Source: Euglena gracilis
Taxonomy: Eukaryota
DNA: 64,000 nt
Direction of reading: 5' to 3'
Assembly: GCA_039621445.1 (NCBI GenBank)
Contig: CP154954.1
Span: forward strand, 11,960,716 to 12,024,715
Part shown: in pieces, positions 1 through 11,215 of the stretch
Numbering within the stretch: the stretch's first letter is position 1
Layout of the letters: every line of letters starts with the position of its first letter
Program-made: the position numbers and the translations under genes
The notes under the pieces: model-generated
What the model saw: only the letters and a program-made list of their open reading frames with translations
Told to the model about the DNA's origin: nothing
The model's database searches: none

Positions 1-3000
1 TCGTACCAGGAACCTTCGTACAGCTCGTACGAGATTCCACAGCCGGAACCACAGAACCAGAACACTGACTGGGACTGGTGGTCGAACTTTGCGCACGAAA
101 CTGGACAGCTGACTCAGGAATTTAAACAGTTCAGACACAAAACTGAACGGACGAACCAGCAAACGGCAGAAACTCTGCAGCAGCTGCAACAAACAACGAC
201 GGAGTGGGTCAGCGAACTGCACGCCACAGTGAACAGACAGGGTGAAGCACTCATGACAGAAATAAACGGCAGACACGAAGAACTGACGACAGTCCTGGCA
301 ACAACACAAGCAAACATGGAACAAGTGACAGTCAACCAGAACAGGCTGTACCAGGAACATTTCAACGGAATGTCACAGCAGATCACAGAAATCAGGGAAA
401 TGTCTGGCTCACTGGGTGAAAAACTCAGGGAATTTCACAGTTTTCTGCAGATGGCAGGTGGAAACGCACAGAACCAGGGTGACCATCTGGTTGGTTTACT
501 ACATCGACAGCGAGAAAACGAAAAAACAACTGCAGAACTGCAACAGAGATTGGCTGTGGCAGAAGAACGGGTCGCAGGAATCACAGGCGGAGTCCAAACG
601 GTGAACAGCAAAGTGGACGAAACTGTGGCAACAGTGTCCAGAAAAGTTGAAAACCTCAGAGGTGAAATCAGCAGTATGGTGGAAAGAATTCAGAAGGACA
701 TGGGCAGTGAAATCGGAAATCTGGCAGGACGGGTTCAGCAGCAGGAAACAAAAACGACAACAACCATTCAAAACTGTGATTACCTGCACAAAAAACTGGT
801 CGAACTGCAGAAAATCCCAGATCAGCAGCAGCAGATTACACAGCTGAACGAGGAAATCGGCAGACTGAAACGACAGGTGGAAACCCTGACCTCCAACGAA
901 GAAAAACACAAACAACGCACTGAACGTCTGAACCTGGAGGTCGGCAACCTGGGTCACAGGGTGGACGAAACAGCCCAAACGACTCAAAACCTGCTGGGTG
1001 AACTACAAAAAGGGACCATTAAAACGGGAACACATGCCACATCTGAACATGCCAAATGGCTGGAAATGACATCTGCCATTGGCTCAATGACAACCAGGGT
1101 CGGTCAACTGGAAGCAAAACTGGCTGGTCTGACAACAAAAACTGCAGAACGGGAGACACATGACAACGGCATCTGGCAGCATTTACATTCTCTGACCACG
1201 GAACTGCAAACACAGCAGAAACGGTGGACAGAACAGCTGGTGACCCTGGACAGAAAAATCAGTACTGTGACAAAAACGACTGAAAACCTGACTGAAAAAC
1301 TGGAAAGGCAAAACACCCAGCAAATCACAACCCCCAGCCCTAGCCTGGCTGAAATACCCAAACTTTTTGAAAATCTTTGCATTTCCTCTCGCCCAGCCTG
1401 CACAGGGGCCTTCGGGCCAGAGTCAGGGGCCAGCCCCCTGGCCAGTGGGCCTCCCTCGAGGACCCAGGCTGGACAGCCAGGGGCAGCCACAACGGCCCAA
1501 CGAACAGAACCCCCCCAGGGGGCGGACAGGGCCGCGGGCCAACGGGGATCGGGGACCCCACAACCCCAGAACCAGCCCCCACCAGCCCCGAGGGGCCAGC
1601 CCACAAGACAACACGGGACGGGGACCCTAGAACCCCAGGCCTGGCCAACGGGGATGGGGACCCCACAACCCCTGGCCCAGCCACGGCCAGCCCTGAGGGG
1701 CCAGCCCGCAGGAAACCAAGGGACGGGGACCCCAGAACCCCTTGCCTGTCGAACGGGGACGGGGACCCCACAACCCCTGACAGGTATGTTCAGCCAGAGC
1801 AGCCAGCACTGGGGGGACGAAACACCACACCCAAAAATGGAAGGAGGAGCTGCAGCACTGGGGACCGTTAACTCGGCTTCCCTGGTGGGGCAGCTCATCC
1901 AACAAGAACTGAAAACTGCCTTGACACCGTTAATTGCCCAACTGACTCGACAAACAGAACGGCCGACTGCAGTCCCGACCAGCCCAGCTCTTACGACAAA
2001 CCCGACAAGCCCAGCACCACAGCCAACCCAGCCGACTCAACAGCCAGTGACGACACAACAAAACCCACAGTCCCGGACTCGGGGCTTGTTCATGTGGGCA
2101 GACGAAACCGAAACTCAGAACACAGCCACAACAACCTGGGTGGGACCCCAGATGGGGTCTGCCCAAACTGCCATCCACCACATAGGAGAGGAAACAGTGG
2201 TGGCACCCGTGGCAACGGCCCCGGCAGCATCCTTCGGGCTGCTGCTGGGTCCAGTGGGCGCGGCAATGACAAAAGACCTGGTAAGACCAACACTGCAGGG
2301 GAATTTCGCAGATTTTGCCGTGAAATTTCCGATGTACCTGCAACGTGTGTCAGCCGGTCAGGGGTCCCTGACCGATGACCTGAAACTGTCACTGCTGGAG
2401 GGCAGCCTGGACAGTGCCAGCAAACTGGAACTACAACGCAGACAGGAACGCGGTGAGAAAATAAAATACCAGGAATTTTGGAACTGGATGTGCCAGAAAT
2501 ACGGTGGAGACACGCAATCAGCCATCAAAGACGAACTGAAAACCTGAGACCAAAAACGGAAGGAAAACTGACACTGGAAGCGTGGAGGGAGTTTGAGGCC
2601 CATTTCAAACTCCTCTACAGCAGGCTGGAAAATCCATCAGAGGAAGACGCTTACAACCTGGTGGCTGAAAAAATGCCTGAAACGCAACGCAGAAGCTGCA
2701 TCAGGGAACAGGACCGCAGAAATCAGGACAGACCGACACTGAAACTGAAAGGGGTCACGAACATTATGAACGTCCCAGATGCAACAACGGAAGACATACG
2801 AGACCTGGTGGCAGCAACAGTGGGCACAGGTGAAAATTTTCAGGTGGCGCGGGACGGACAAAACTTCAGGATCCAACTGCACAGCAGCAGAGCTGCTGAA
2901 CTTCTCCTGATGAAAAACGGTTCAACGCTGCTGACTGGACACAAGCCACAATTCACACAGGTACAGGCCAAACTGACTCTGGACGAACTGTTCCAACGGG

Positions 3001-3637
3001 TGGAAACCGAACTCAGGTGCCAACAACAGTCAGACTCCCTGGGTAGGGGGTACAACGGCTGGCAGAACCAACCTCGTGAAAACAGGTCACGGTCGATGGA
3101 CCGCAGGGGTTACGTCAGGGAAGTCAAGGAGGAGGAGAAAACAAAATCCAGAAGTCGGACACCACCTTCCAGATCCCGACCCAACTCCCCTGGACCTCGA
3201 ACCCCAACACCCGAAAAACCCAGACCCCCTTCTCCACGCCAGCAGATGCCCATGGCAGTTTCAGAACAGCCTGGCCAGGGACGGAACACCAACTGGTCAG
3301 ACTGGGGACAGAACGACTGGGGCAAAGGCAAAGGAAAGGGGAAAGGTCAAAACTGGGGTTCAACCCAAAACTGGAACCAGAACTGGAATCAGAATTACGG
3401 CAAAGGCTACGATTCAGGAAAGGGATACAACTCTGGAAAGGATACGATTCTGGGAAGGGGAGCGGGAAAGGAAAAGGCAAAGGGCAGCCACAGCCACAGC
3501 CAGCAGCAACGAAAACCGAACCACAGACACAGCAAACCAATTCACAGGAGCCAGCCAACCAGCCACAGGGACAGCCAAAGGCAGAAGCATCTTCCAGCAA
3601 TCGCTGGCAGCCAGTTCAAAACACAGAACGGAAGTGA
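1..3637 (+). pseudogene. gag: Gag-like polyprotein, copy 1 (long coiled-coil, Pro/Gln-rich linker, capsid-like region, RS- and GKG-rich tail); frameshifted
   Basis: Frame open from base 1 (ORF 229-2547), continues in 2478-3653; single-base indels near 2540 and 3437 relative to copy 2; ends ERK-TGA at 3635-3637; no CCHC knuckle seen. Confidence 0.75.
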
Positions 3638-5272
3638 AGGGGCTGCGGCCTGAGGGTAGGGGACGAGAGGGGCGACTCTCTGCAGACACAACCGAAACAA
3701 CCAAACGAAACAAGGGAACCAGGTCCAGAGCCGCAGCGGTCATACACACTGGGTAAGGGAGGTAAGAAAAAACCCCAAAAGAAAAACATCCTGACAAAAA
3801 AACGACTCCACAGGCCAGAACCGAAAAGGGAACAGGTCAGCTGCAGGTTCGGCAGAGCAGCTTCACGGTGGGTGTCTGAAAACTACCACGTGAAGGAAGA
3901 AAAAATGACAGAAATTCTCTCACACTTCGGGGTCCAGCCCCAGCTGGATGCCTTTGCAACGGAAAAAAACAAAAGATTCCCGCAATGGTGGGGATCGGGC
4001 AGCCCAGACGGAACTGACGCCTTTGAAAAAGACTGGCACGGAAAACTGCTGTGGATGAACCCCCCATTCAGCAAAATTTCACAGGTGGTGAGAAAAATCC
4101 AAACAGACGAGGCCCATGCACTCCTCATGGTACCCAGATGGGTTCACAGAAAATGGTACGGAGAAATCAAAAAACTGACAGTGATGTCAATGTTCATCCC
4201 AGCGGGAACAAAACTGTTCGGACAGGGTGACAAGAACTGCAGGAATACACCGTGGCATGTGGAAGTGTTTTTGGTATGCGGACACAAAACACGGTGCAAG
4301 TACCTACCAGGTTTCCACAAACACTTCACCCCCCTACATCCGACATCCAAGGTGAGGTTCGGCACAGCCCACGAGTACCCGCCAGTGGAGGACGAGGTGG
4401 AGGGTGGTGAACAAAAACCTGATTTGGGGACAGAAAAACCACAGAAACACATCAGAAAACTGCAGGAGGCAGCCACAGCGACACCAGAATGGGCCATAGC
4501 GGAAAAACCAAAACCAAAAATGCTGGACCTGTTCTGTGGAACAAAATCGGTCAGCAAGGTGTATGAAAAAATGGGTTTCCAGGTGGTGACGGTGGACTCA
4601 GACCCCAGGTGGAAAGCGGATTACCAGGTGGACGTACTGGACTGGGACTTCAGAAAACATTTCAAACCTGGTGAATTCCACACGGTGGTTTGTGGAGTCC
4701 CCTGCACAGAATTCAGCATTGCACTGACGACAAGACCCAGAAACCTGGAAAAGGGAGACAGCCTTGCAAAGAAGGCCCTGGAAATTGTGGAATTTCTGCA
4801 GCCGCAGAAATGGTGGTTGGAAAACCCAAGGTACGGATACCTGGGAAAACGAGATTACATGAGGCCGTCCCCGTACATTGACGTGGATTACTGTCAATAC
4901 ACAAACTGGGGTTACAAAAAACCAACACGAATCTGGGGCAGCCCTGACATCCTGCAGGTACCAGCAAAACAGTGTGACGGAAAAACCTGCAAGAACCTTG
5001 ACCCGAACGGTGGTGGTCACCTGGTGAAACTCAGCAACAAACACAACATTTCAGCCTTCAAAAAATTCAGGACCCCAGAACAACTGATTCAGGACCTTGC
5101 GGGGTTCCACGAACGGCTAAGGCAAACCAGCCAAGCCCTAAGCCGCGCAGCAACAACCGCTGCAGCAGCCCAGCCCTGCCCAGACTGCACGACAAAACAT
5201 GCTCTCACAGCCCAGCGCAGAACTGACAGGTGGACAGCCAAACTCAGATTCAACGGACAAAACAGAACCTGA
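3638..5272 (+). CDS. Tandem DNA methyltransferase region: Dam-like N6-adenine MTase plus C5-cytosine MTase, copy 1
   Basis: N6 domain: LDAFA...DAFEKDW...LWMNPPF (NPPF 4058-4069)...LMVPRW. C5 domain: motif I MLDLFCG (4520), motif IV PC (4700-4705), motif VI ENP (4820-4828), YCQY...YKKPTRIW. Frame is open from the gag TGA onward. Confidence 0.9.
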   Translation, partial: RGCGLRVGDERGDSLQTQPKQPNETREPGPEPQRSYTLGKGGKKKPQKKNILTKKRLHRPEPKREQVSCRFGRAASRWVSENYHVKEEKMTEILSHFGVQPQLDAFATEKNKRFPQWWGSGSPDGTDAFEKDWHGKLLWMNPPFSKISQVVRKIQTDEAHALLMVPRWVHRKWYGEIKKLTVMSMFIPAGTKLFGQGDKNCRNTPWHVEVFLVCGHKTRCKYLPGFHKHFTPLHPTSKVRFGTAHEYPPVEDEVEGGEQKPDLGTEKPQKHIRKLQEAATATPEWAIAEKPKPKMLDLFCGTKSVSKVYEKMGFQVVTVDSDPRWKADYQVDVLDWDFRKHFKPGEFHTVVCGVPCTEFSIALTTRPRNLEKGDSLAKKALEIVEFLQPQKWWLENPRYGYLGKRDYMRPSPYIDVDYCQYTNWGYKKPTRIWGSPDILQVPAKQCDGKTCKNLDPNGGGHLVKLSNKHNISAFKKFRTPEQLIQDLAGFHERLRQTSQALSRAATTAAAAQPCPDCTTKHALTAQRRTDRWTAKLRFNGQNRT

Positions 5273-8200
5273 CCAAAACATTCGGCTTCCAAAACGACTG
5301 TGTGAACCGGTGTCCAAACTCCTGCTGGGGCAGGTCATCAGCAGAAAGAAAGCAAAACAACTCCTCATCGAAGTCCGTGCTGTGTTGCCGGACGGCAAAA
5401 AAATGTTCCTACAGGCCCTGATCGACACGGGAGCACAGGCAAACCTGGTGAAAAAGAACCTGATTCCCCAACAAAACTTCAGACGTTCACAAAAACACTT
5501 GGCCCTGATCACAGCGGACAAAACGAGGATGGAAGGAGGACTACACGAAGTCACACTGGAACTGCAGTTTTCATCACGGGTGCACAACACGGACAGAATA
5601 AGGGAATGTCCCACCATTGGAACATTCCATGACGCCGACATCCAAGTGGATGCCATCCTCGGGTATCCGTGGATGGAACAACACCAACTGGGGGTTTTTC
5701 CACACCTACAATCACTGGCCCTCATAGGTGAACCACTGCGGCTGCTGTCCAGTTGGCACCAGCTGAAGGAACAAAAACACAGGGAACGGAAAATACACCA
5801 ACTCCAGAAAAACATTTCGGCAGTGCGGGCAATGAATTTGCAGATTCCTGCTGAAGCGGGCCAGGACGAGGAAAAACTGTTTGAAGACGAAACGACGCTG
5901 GAAACACTGGCAAAACAATTTCAGAAATCGACAAATAAATCTGACAGGGTTCACGGTGTTGTGGTGGTGCCAGAAGGACAGGAAACACAAGGCGAAAAGG
6001 TGGCTGAACTGGTGAAAAAACTGCGGCAGGACTATGAAGGAGTGGTCTTGCGAGATAAAATCTTCCCAGACCCCCCTGAACGCGGACCACTGGGTTATGG
6101 GAAAATCGAACTGAAACCTGGAACAGTGGCAAAAAAGCAAAGACCCATCCACATGACGGGAGAACGACGACAGGCACTCATCGACATGGTGGACGAATGG
6201 GTTAGGGACCTGAAAGTGGAAGACGGGAGGAGTGACTGGTCCAGCCCCACGTTCGTGGTGGCCAAAAAAGGCGGAAAATGGAGAGGGGTGGTGGATTTCA
6301 GAGCACTGAACGAGGCAACAATCACAGACGCCCATCCCCTCCCCAGGATAGAAGACATCCTAGTTCAACAAGGACAACGGGCCCTGTACAGTGTACTGGA
6401 CCTGAAATACGCCTTCCACCAGGTGCCACTGAGAACAGAGTCCAGACCCTACACCTGCTGTAGCACACATAAGGGAACAAAACAGTGGAGAGTGGTGGTC
6501 ATGGGAATGAAAAACGGTGTACCGATCTTCCAGAGGGTGATCGAGTACAGCTTGGAGGAGGTACAGGACATTGCAAACCCCTACGTGGACGACATCATCG
6601 TAGGAATCATGTGGCAGGGATTTGAAGACAAAACCCTGGAACAACACGACAAGGACATCAGAAGGGTGATGGAGGCACTGAAAAAACAGCAGCACGTGGC
6701 AGACATCAAGAAATGCAAATTTTTCGTGAAAGAAGTTGAATTCTGTGGACACGTGCTGGGTGGTGGACAACGGAAACCTGCACCTGGAAAACTGATGGCT
6801 TTGGAAAAATGGGAGGAACCGAAAATGGTCACAGCCCTGCGGGCATTCCTGGGATTCACAAACTATTATGCCTCATACATCCCAGGGTATGCGGAATTGG
6901 CTGCAGACCTGATGGAAAAACTGAAGGTAAAAAAAGGACAGGGGAAGAAAGGAAGCCTGACACCTGTGTTTTTCGGTGAAAAGGAACAAACAGCCTTCCA
7001 GACCATCAAAGAAAAACTGCTCGGAAGCCTGAAACTGCAAACAGTGAACCCAGACAAACCGTTCGTACTCAGGGTGGATGCAAGTGGCAGAGCCGTAGGT
7101 GCGGCTCTGGAACAATTTGCGGAGGACACTGCAGAAAAACCAGACCCAACAACAGCCATGACCAAAAAAACAGTACCTGTAGCTTTCTGTTCACGAAAAC
7201 TGACACCTGGGCAGGTTCGCTCGTGGTCTCCTAGGGAGAAGGAGACCTACGCAGTGATCCTGGCCCTGCAAAAATGGGCTTCCTGGATAGGAATGCAACC
7301 GGTACTGGTGTTGACGGACCACAAATCCATTGAGGCATGGGCAACGGAAGCTCTGGACACCCCCAGTGGACCAGCGGGACGTAGGGCTAGGTGGCACGAA
7401 CTGCTTTCGCGGTTCGACATAACCGTTGCATACGTACCAGGCAAAGACAACACGGTCGCCGATGCCTTGAGTAGGTGGGCCTACCCCGCCTCACAGGCAT
7501 TCGCCGACGTGAGTATCCACGGGAGTGAGGAGGACGACCGACTCATGAAAGAAATCATCAAACAGGAGGAAAAGGAACAGAAAACTTGTATGGTGATCAA
7601 CGTGGCAGACCTGACACAGGCACAAAAACAGCTTCAGGAACCCGTCACTGTGGCCGTCACAACAAGGGGGGGAGCCAAAACGGGTGAAGATTCGCCCACA
7701 GTGCCTGGTTCAACGGAAAACGGTGACACCCCTCAAAAAATTTCAAACCCACCTCAAAAACCTGCAAAAACGACAAAGAAATGGGTTGTGAAGGAAACAA
7801 CTGTGGTGGAACCAAGCAAAAAACTGGCTGAGGCAACCCCAAGGGAGACCACGGATGAGGCAGGAAACCTGATCCGACCAGACCAACCAAAAAACAAAAC
7901 CCCAGAAAATTCAGACACGGCCGAGGGACCATCCACTGAGGAAGACCCACCAAGGCGAAGACCCCTGGAAGAGGACCCTGTGGAACCCCTAACAACAACA
8001 GACTCAACAAAACAACAGGACGCGCAAGGTGCGTCATCCTCAACGGGGACACCCGTTGGACCTCCATCAAGGGGAGTGCACGCCCCGGAGCTTCAACAGG
8101 GGGAACCGAAAGGGGTGATGGACAAGAAATGGAAGAACGAGTACGAAAGTTGCCCAAGGTGGGGACCTGTAAGGTGGGGACCTGTGCTCAAGATCCTGAA

Positions 8201-8291
8201 GGAAAGGGGGTTCAAAAACTGGCCTGACGGGTACCGATTTGACAACGGCAGGCTCTACAAAAAAGTCTCCTGTGTGTACCAAGTGGGTTGA
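5199..8291 (+). CDS. pol: Pol: aspartic protease, reverse transcriptase, RNase H, copy 1
   Basis: ALIDTGA and ILGYPW (protease); WRGVVDFRALN, LDLKYAFHQ, YVDD (RT); VDASGRAVGAAL, EKETYA, TDHK, NTVADALSR (RNase H). Confidence 0.95.
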   Translation: MLSQPSAELTGGQPNSDSTDKTEPDQNIRLPKRLCEPVSKLLLGQVISRKKAKQLLIEVRAVLPDGKKMFLQALIDTGAQANLVKKNLIPQQNFRRSQKHLALITADKTRMEGGLHEVTLELQFSSRVHNTDRIRECPTIGTFHDADIQVDAILGYPWMEQHQLGVFPHLQSLALIGEPLRLLSSWHQLKEQKHRERKIHQLQKNISAVRAMNLQIPAEAGQDEEKLFEDETTLETLAKQFQKSTNKSDRVHGVVVVPEGQETQGEKVAELVKKLRQDYEGVVLRDKIFPDPPERGPLGYGKIELKPGTVAKKQRPIHMTGERRQALIDMVDEWVRDLKVEDGRSDWSSPTFVVAKKGGKWRGVVDFRALNEATITDAHPLPRIEDILVQQGQRALYSVLDLKYAFHQVPLRTESRPYTCCSTHKGTKQWRVVVMGMKNGVPIFQRVIEYSLEEVQDIANPYVDDIIVGIMWQGFEDKTLEQHDKDIRRVMEALKKQQHVADIKKCKFFVKEVEFCGHVLGGGQRKPAPGKLMALEKWEEPKMVTALRAFLGFTNYYASYIPGYAELAADLMEKLKVKKGQGKKGSLTPVFFGEKEQTAFQTIKEKLLGSLKLQTVNPDKPFVLRVDASGRAVGAALEQFAEDTAEKPDPTTAMTKKTVPVAFCSRKLTPGQVRSWSPREKETYAVILALQKWASWIGMQPVLVLTDHKSIEAWATEALDTPSGPAGRRARWHELLSRFDITVAYVPGKDNTVADALSRWAYPASQAFADVSIHGSEEDDRLMKEIIKQEEKEQKTCMVINVADLTQAQKQLQEPVTVAVTTRGGAKTGEDSPTVPGSTENGDTPQKISNPPQKPAKTTKKWVVKETTVVEPSKKLAEATPRETTDEAGNLIRPDQPKNKTPENSDTAEGPSTEEDPPRRRPLEEDPVEPLTTTDSTKQQDAQGASSSTGTPVGPPSRGVHAPELQQGEPKGVMDKKWKNEYESCPRWGPVRWGPVLKILKERGFKNWPDGYRFDNGRLYKKVSCVYQVG

Positions 8292-9606
8292 CTGGAAACG
8301 TAATTCGGGAACATCACGAAATAGCCGGGCACCCAGGGTCAGCCCGACTGTGGGACCAGATGGGAAGGTGGTTTGCGTTTGCGGACCACCAAGATGCAAA
8401 GAAACTGACAGGCAAAATGATGACCATGTGTGAAACCTGCCAAGCAACAGAACCCAGCCACTTACCATACAAGTGCCCCATTGAACCGACACCGATTCCT
8501 GCACACCTGATGGACAGTGTTGCTATCGATTTGTTCTCACTACCTGAAACGACTTTTGAAGGGAAAAAATATGACACGTTGGCGTTGTGTGTGGACACGC
8601 TGAGTGGGTGGATGGTTGCAACCCCCCACCTGGCCAAGGGACTCACAGCAGAAAAGGTTGGAAAGGAAATGTACAAACAATGGGGAATTTTTGGGATACC
8701 CTCGGTGGTGAGCTCCGACCGGGGCTCCCATTTCACAGCCGGTTGGTGGAAAACACTGTGTGCTGCCCACGGGGTCCGTGTGGCGTACGGGCAGGCATAC
8801 CACCACCAAGCCAACGGACGGGCTGAGGTAGCGGGTCAACAAGTCCTCCGAAAACTGGCAAAACTGGCTGCTGAAAAAGGGGTACCCTGGGTTGAACTCC
8901 TACCAAACGCCTTGAGGGCCCTACACGACGTCCCAGGTGAAACGGGATTGTCACCGTACGAAATTGTGTTTGGCAGGCACAGACCGTTGGCGGGATTGCC
9001 ATACCAACCACAAAAGGAAGCGGAAGGGGCCACAACGTTCTTGGAAAGGATGAAAGAGCAAGACCAGTGGGTGAGTCTGGTCCTGAACGAAAAACAGCGT
9101 GAACGGGCTGAAACGGTGAACCGAAAACGCAGAGAACCACCTGCCTTGGAAATCGGTTCCAAAGTCTGGTATCAACCTAAAAGACAACCTGGTACCGGCA
9201 AACTCGAACCGAAGTGGAAAGGACCTGCGGTGGTGTTGGAACGGGTAGGACAGCCCTACGTGGTTGAACTACGACCTGGGAACCGACAACCTGCCCACCG
9301 TTCACAACTCAAACCCCACATGGAGGACCTCTACAACACAACCCCTGTCCCCCTCTACTTTTGGTCGGGCAAGGCACAGGAGTTGGATGTTGGACCGGAC
9401 GAGTGGGAGGTTGAAAAAGCGCTGAACCACCGCAGAAAAGACCGAAAACTTCAATTTTGATTCAGTGGAAAAACTGGGACCCATCTGATACTCAGTGGGA
9501 ACCCCTGAACCACTTCGTCCTTCGAACAAACAAAGATGTGGTCCAGTATTGCAAGAAACGGGACCTGGCTGTTGATGTGAGGGAGTTGCTCGATGGGATG
9601 GAGTGA
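8288..9606 (+). pseudogene. Integrase plus C-terminal chromodomain, copy 1 (frameshifts near 8265 and 9455)
   Basis: HH...H/CETC zinc finger, DLF...SDRG...NGRAE catalytic triad, WKGP motif, EWEVEK...QWKNW...QWEP chromodomain. Confidence 0.9.
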
Positions 9607-10725
9607 CACATGTCACGGGCCCCCTCACAGACACCGTCACGTCGACACCCCGAACGACCCCAAAGCCAACCCCAACCCTACCACCCAAACCAACCTCGAC
9701 TGACTTGAACCTGTACAAAATCTGCCTGGCCAAAACGACAAAACGGGCCTGGGCAGCCCCCCTGGCCAGCCCACCTGAACCTGAACCGCTGGCCAGCTCA
9801 ACTCGACCCAGCCCAACTGTCCCGTACAAGACCCGATCCGACCCGACTTGACTGACCTCAAGTGCCTCTCTTCAGCCAATCAATCCATTCTTCAATTCGC
9901 CATCGTTGTTGTTGTGGGTTGGGACCCCCCCTTGTGGAGAATGAACCTTCCCCCCGGACCTGGCAAGCCTACCTGTAAAAAAAAAAAAACACAGCCCCCA
10001 ACCCCAACCGTGGCAGCCAGCCAAAACTGGGCAAACGGTGGAAGGGGAACCTGACTTTGACCCAAAAACGCAGAGCTGGCCGACCCCGGGCCACCGGCCT
10101 GGGGGGGGGGGCGAGGATCCTCCACGGCACCAGACCTCGCACAAACCAGCCTACCCCCCAGAAAAAAATGGAAATATACAAAAAAACATTGTCCTTGACC
10201 CAGCCTGACTTTAACCAAAAACCCATCCTTCACCTGATTTTTATTAAAATTCGTCCCCGGCCAAAGCCTGACCGCTTGGCCTGGGGGGGGGTGGAAGACC
10301 CAAGCTGGACCCACCCCCCACCGAACAGACACCAAGCTTAGACACCGAATTGGCTAACCGAACAGAAAACGGCTGTCTAGGACCCTGACCGTGACAAAAC
10401 AACTCACCTGGCCTGGGAATAAAAATTTCCGGAAAATTTAACCGTGGTTGGCGCTTGGTTCACAACGGCGCCTGCCCCCCCCCCAACGACAAACAGCCCT
10501 AGGCGGGCTGGGGGGGGGGACAACACACCAGACCCCGCACAGACCCAACTGTCAAAGGAGAACATTTGACTCAGCCCCCCGGCCATAAAACGAACCTGAA
10601 CGGCACAGCCCCCTGAGGGGGGGGACCCTGAACCACAACGGTCCCCTCGCTCGCCCCCTCCTCACAACGAGTGCACTCCGCACCCCTTCCTGTTGGAGTC
10701 GTGAAGAGTTGTAAACAACTCCTTC

Positions 10726-10736
10726 GGGAAGGGGAG
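10726..10736 (+). promoter_or_regulatory. Polypurine tract, copy 1
   Basis: GGGAAGGGGAG immediately before the LTR-initial TGTG. Confidence 0.85.
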
Positions 10737-11215
10737 TGTGAGTCAGGGGTGCTGAGTGCCCAAAACAACATAACCTAACCCAACCCAACCTGATGACTCT
10801 GCAGTTAGGATTAGGAAAATCTTATTAGGAATTATTAGCAGCTGACCCCATTGTCCCTGCACAGGGCTCTGCAACTGTTTTTGTCTGTTTCAAGTTCAAG
10901 AATTGAATTATCTTGGTGGCAATCATCATTCTTACCTGGACAGTACGTGGTTCATAACATTGGTGCTGGTTTTGGAATTGCTGAATTGCTTGTATTGTGC
11001 TGTTGGTCTTGTGGATTTTTTATCAAAGAAAAGGTGTGAGCCACCCAACTCACCTGTTTTCACCAAAAAGACCCACAAAAACAAAAGAAAATGCAATTTT
11101 TAAAACAAGCCGCGAGGGGAATTGAAAACACATTGGGCAGGGTTAAAGATCCTACGCAAAGGGGTGCCGGCCTCGAGGAACTGGAAACTCCAGGGCGGGC
11201 ACCACGGGTACAACA
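10737..11215 (+). repeat. 3' LTR of copy 1 (479 bp)
   Basis: TGTGAGTCAGGGG...TACAACA; homologous to 20747-21216 and 33052-33521 but visibly more diverged. Confidence 0.93.

Larger units (their letters stand above)
1..11215 (+). mobile_element. Ty3/Gypsy chromodomain LTR retrotransposon carrying N6A- and C5-DNA methyltransferases, copy 1 (5' end outside window)
   Basis: Order gag, MTases, PR, RT, RH, IN, chromodomain; PPT then 3' LTR ending ...CAACA at 11215; colinear with copy 2 at an offset of about 21.9 kb. Confidence 0.95.

Noticed and set aside
3638-5272. Bacterial restriction-modification system or prophage contamination
   Set aside because: MTases are embedded in frame within an LTR element present in two copies; no nuclease or phage genes; surrounding DNA has spliceosomal introns
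114-9829. Antisense and alternate-frame ORFs over the Gypsy genes (also 21265-31390)
   Set aside because: Shadow ORFs caused by strong codon and strand bias; no recognisable domains
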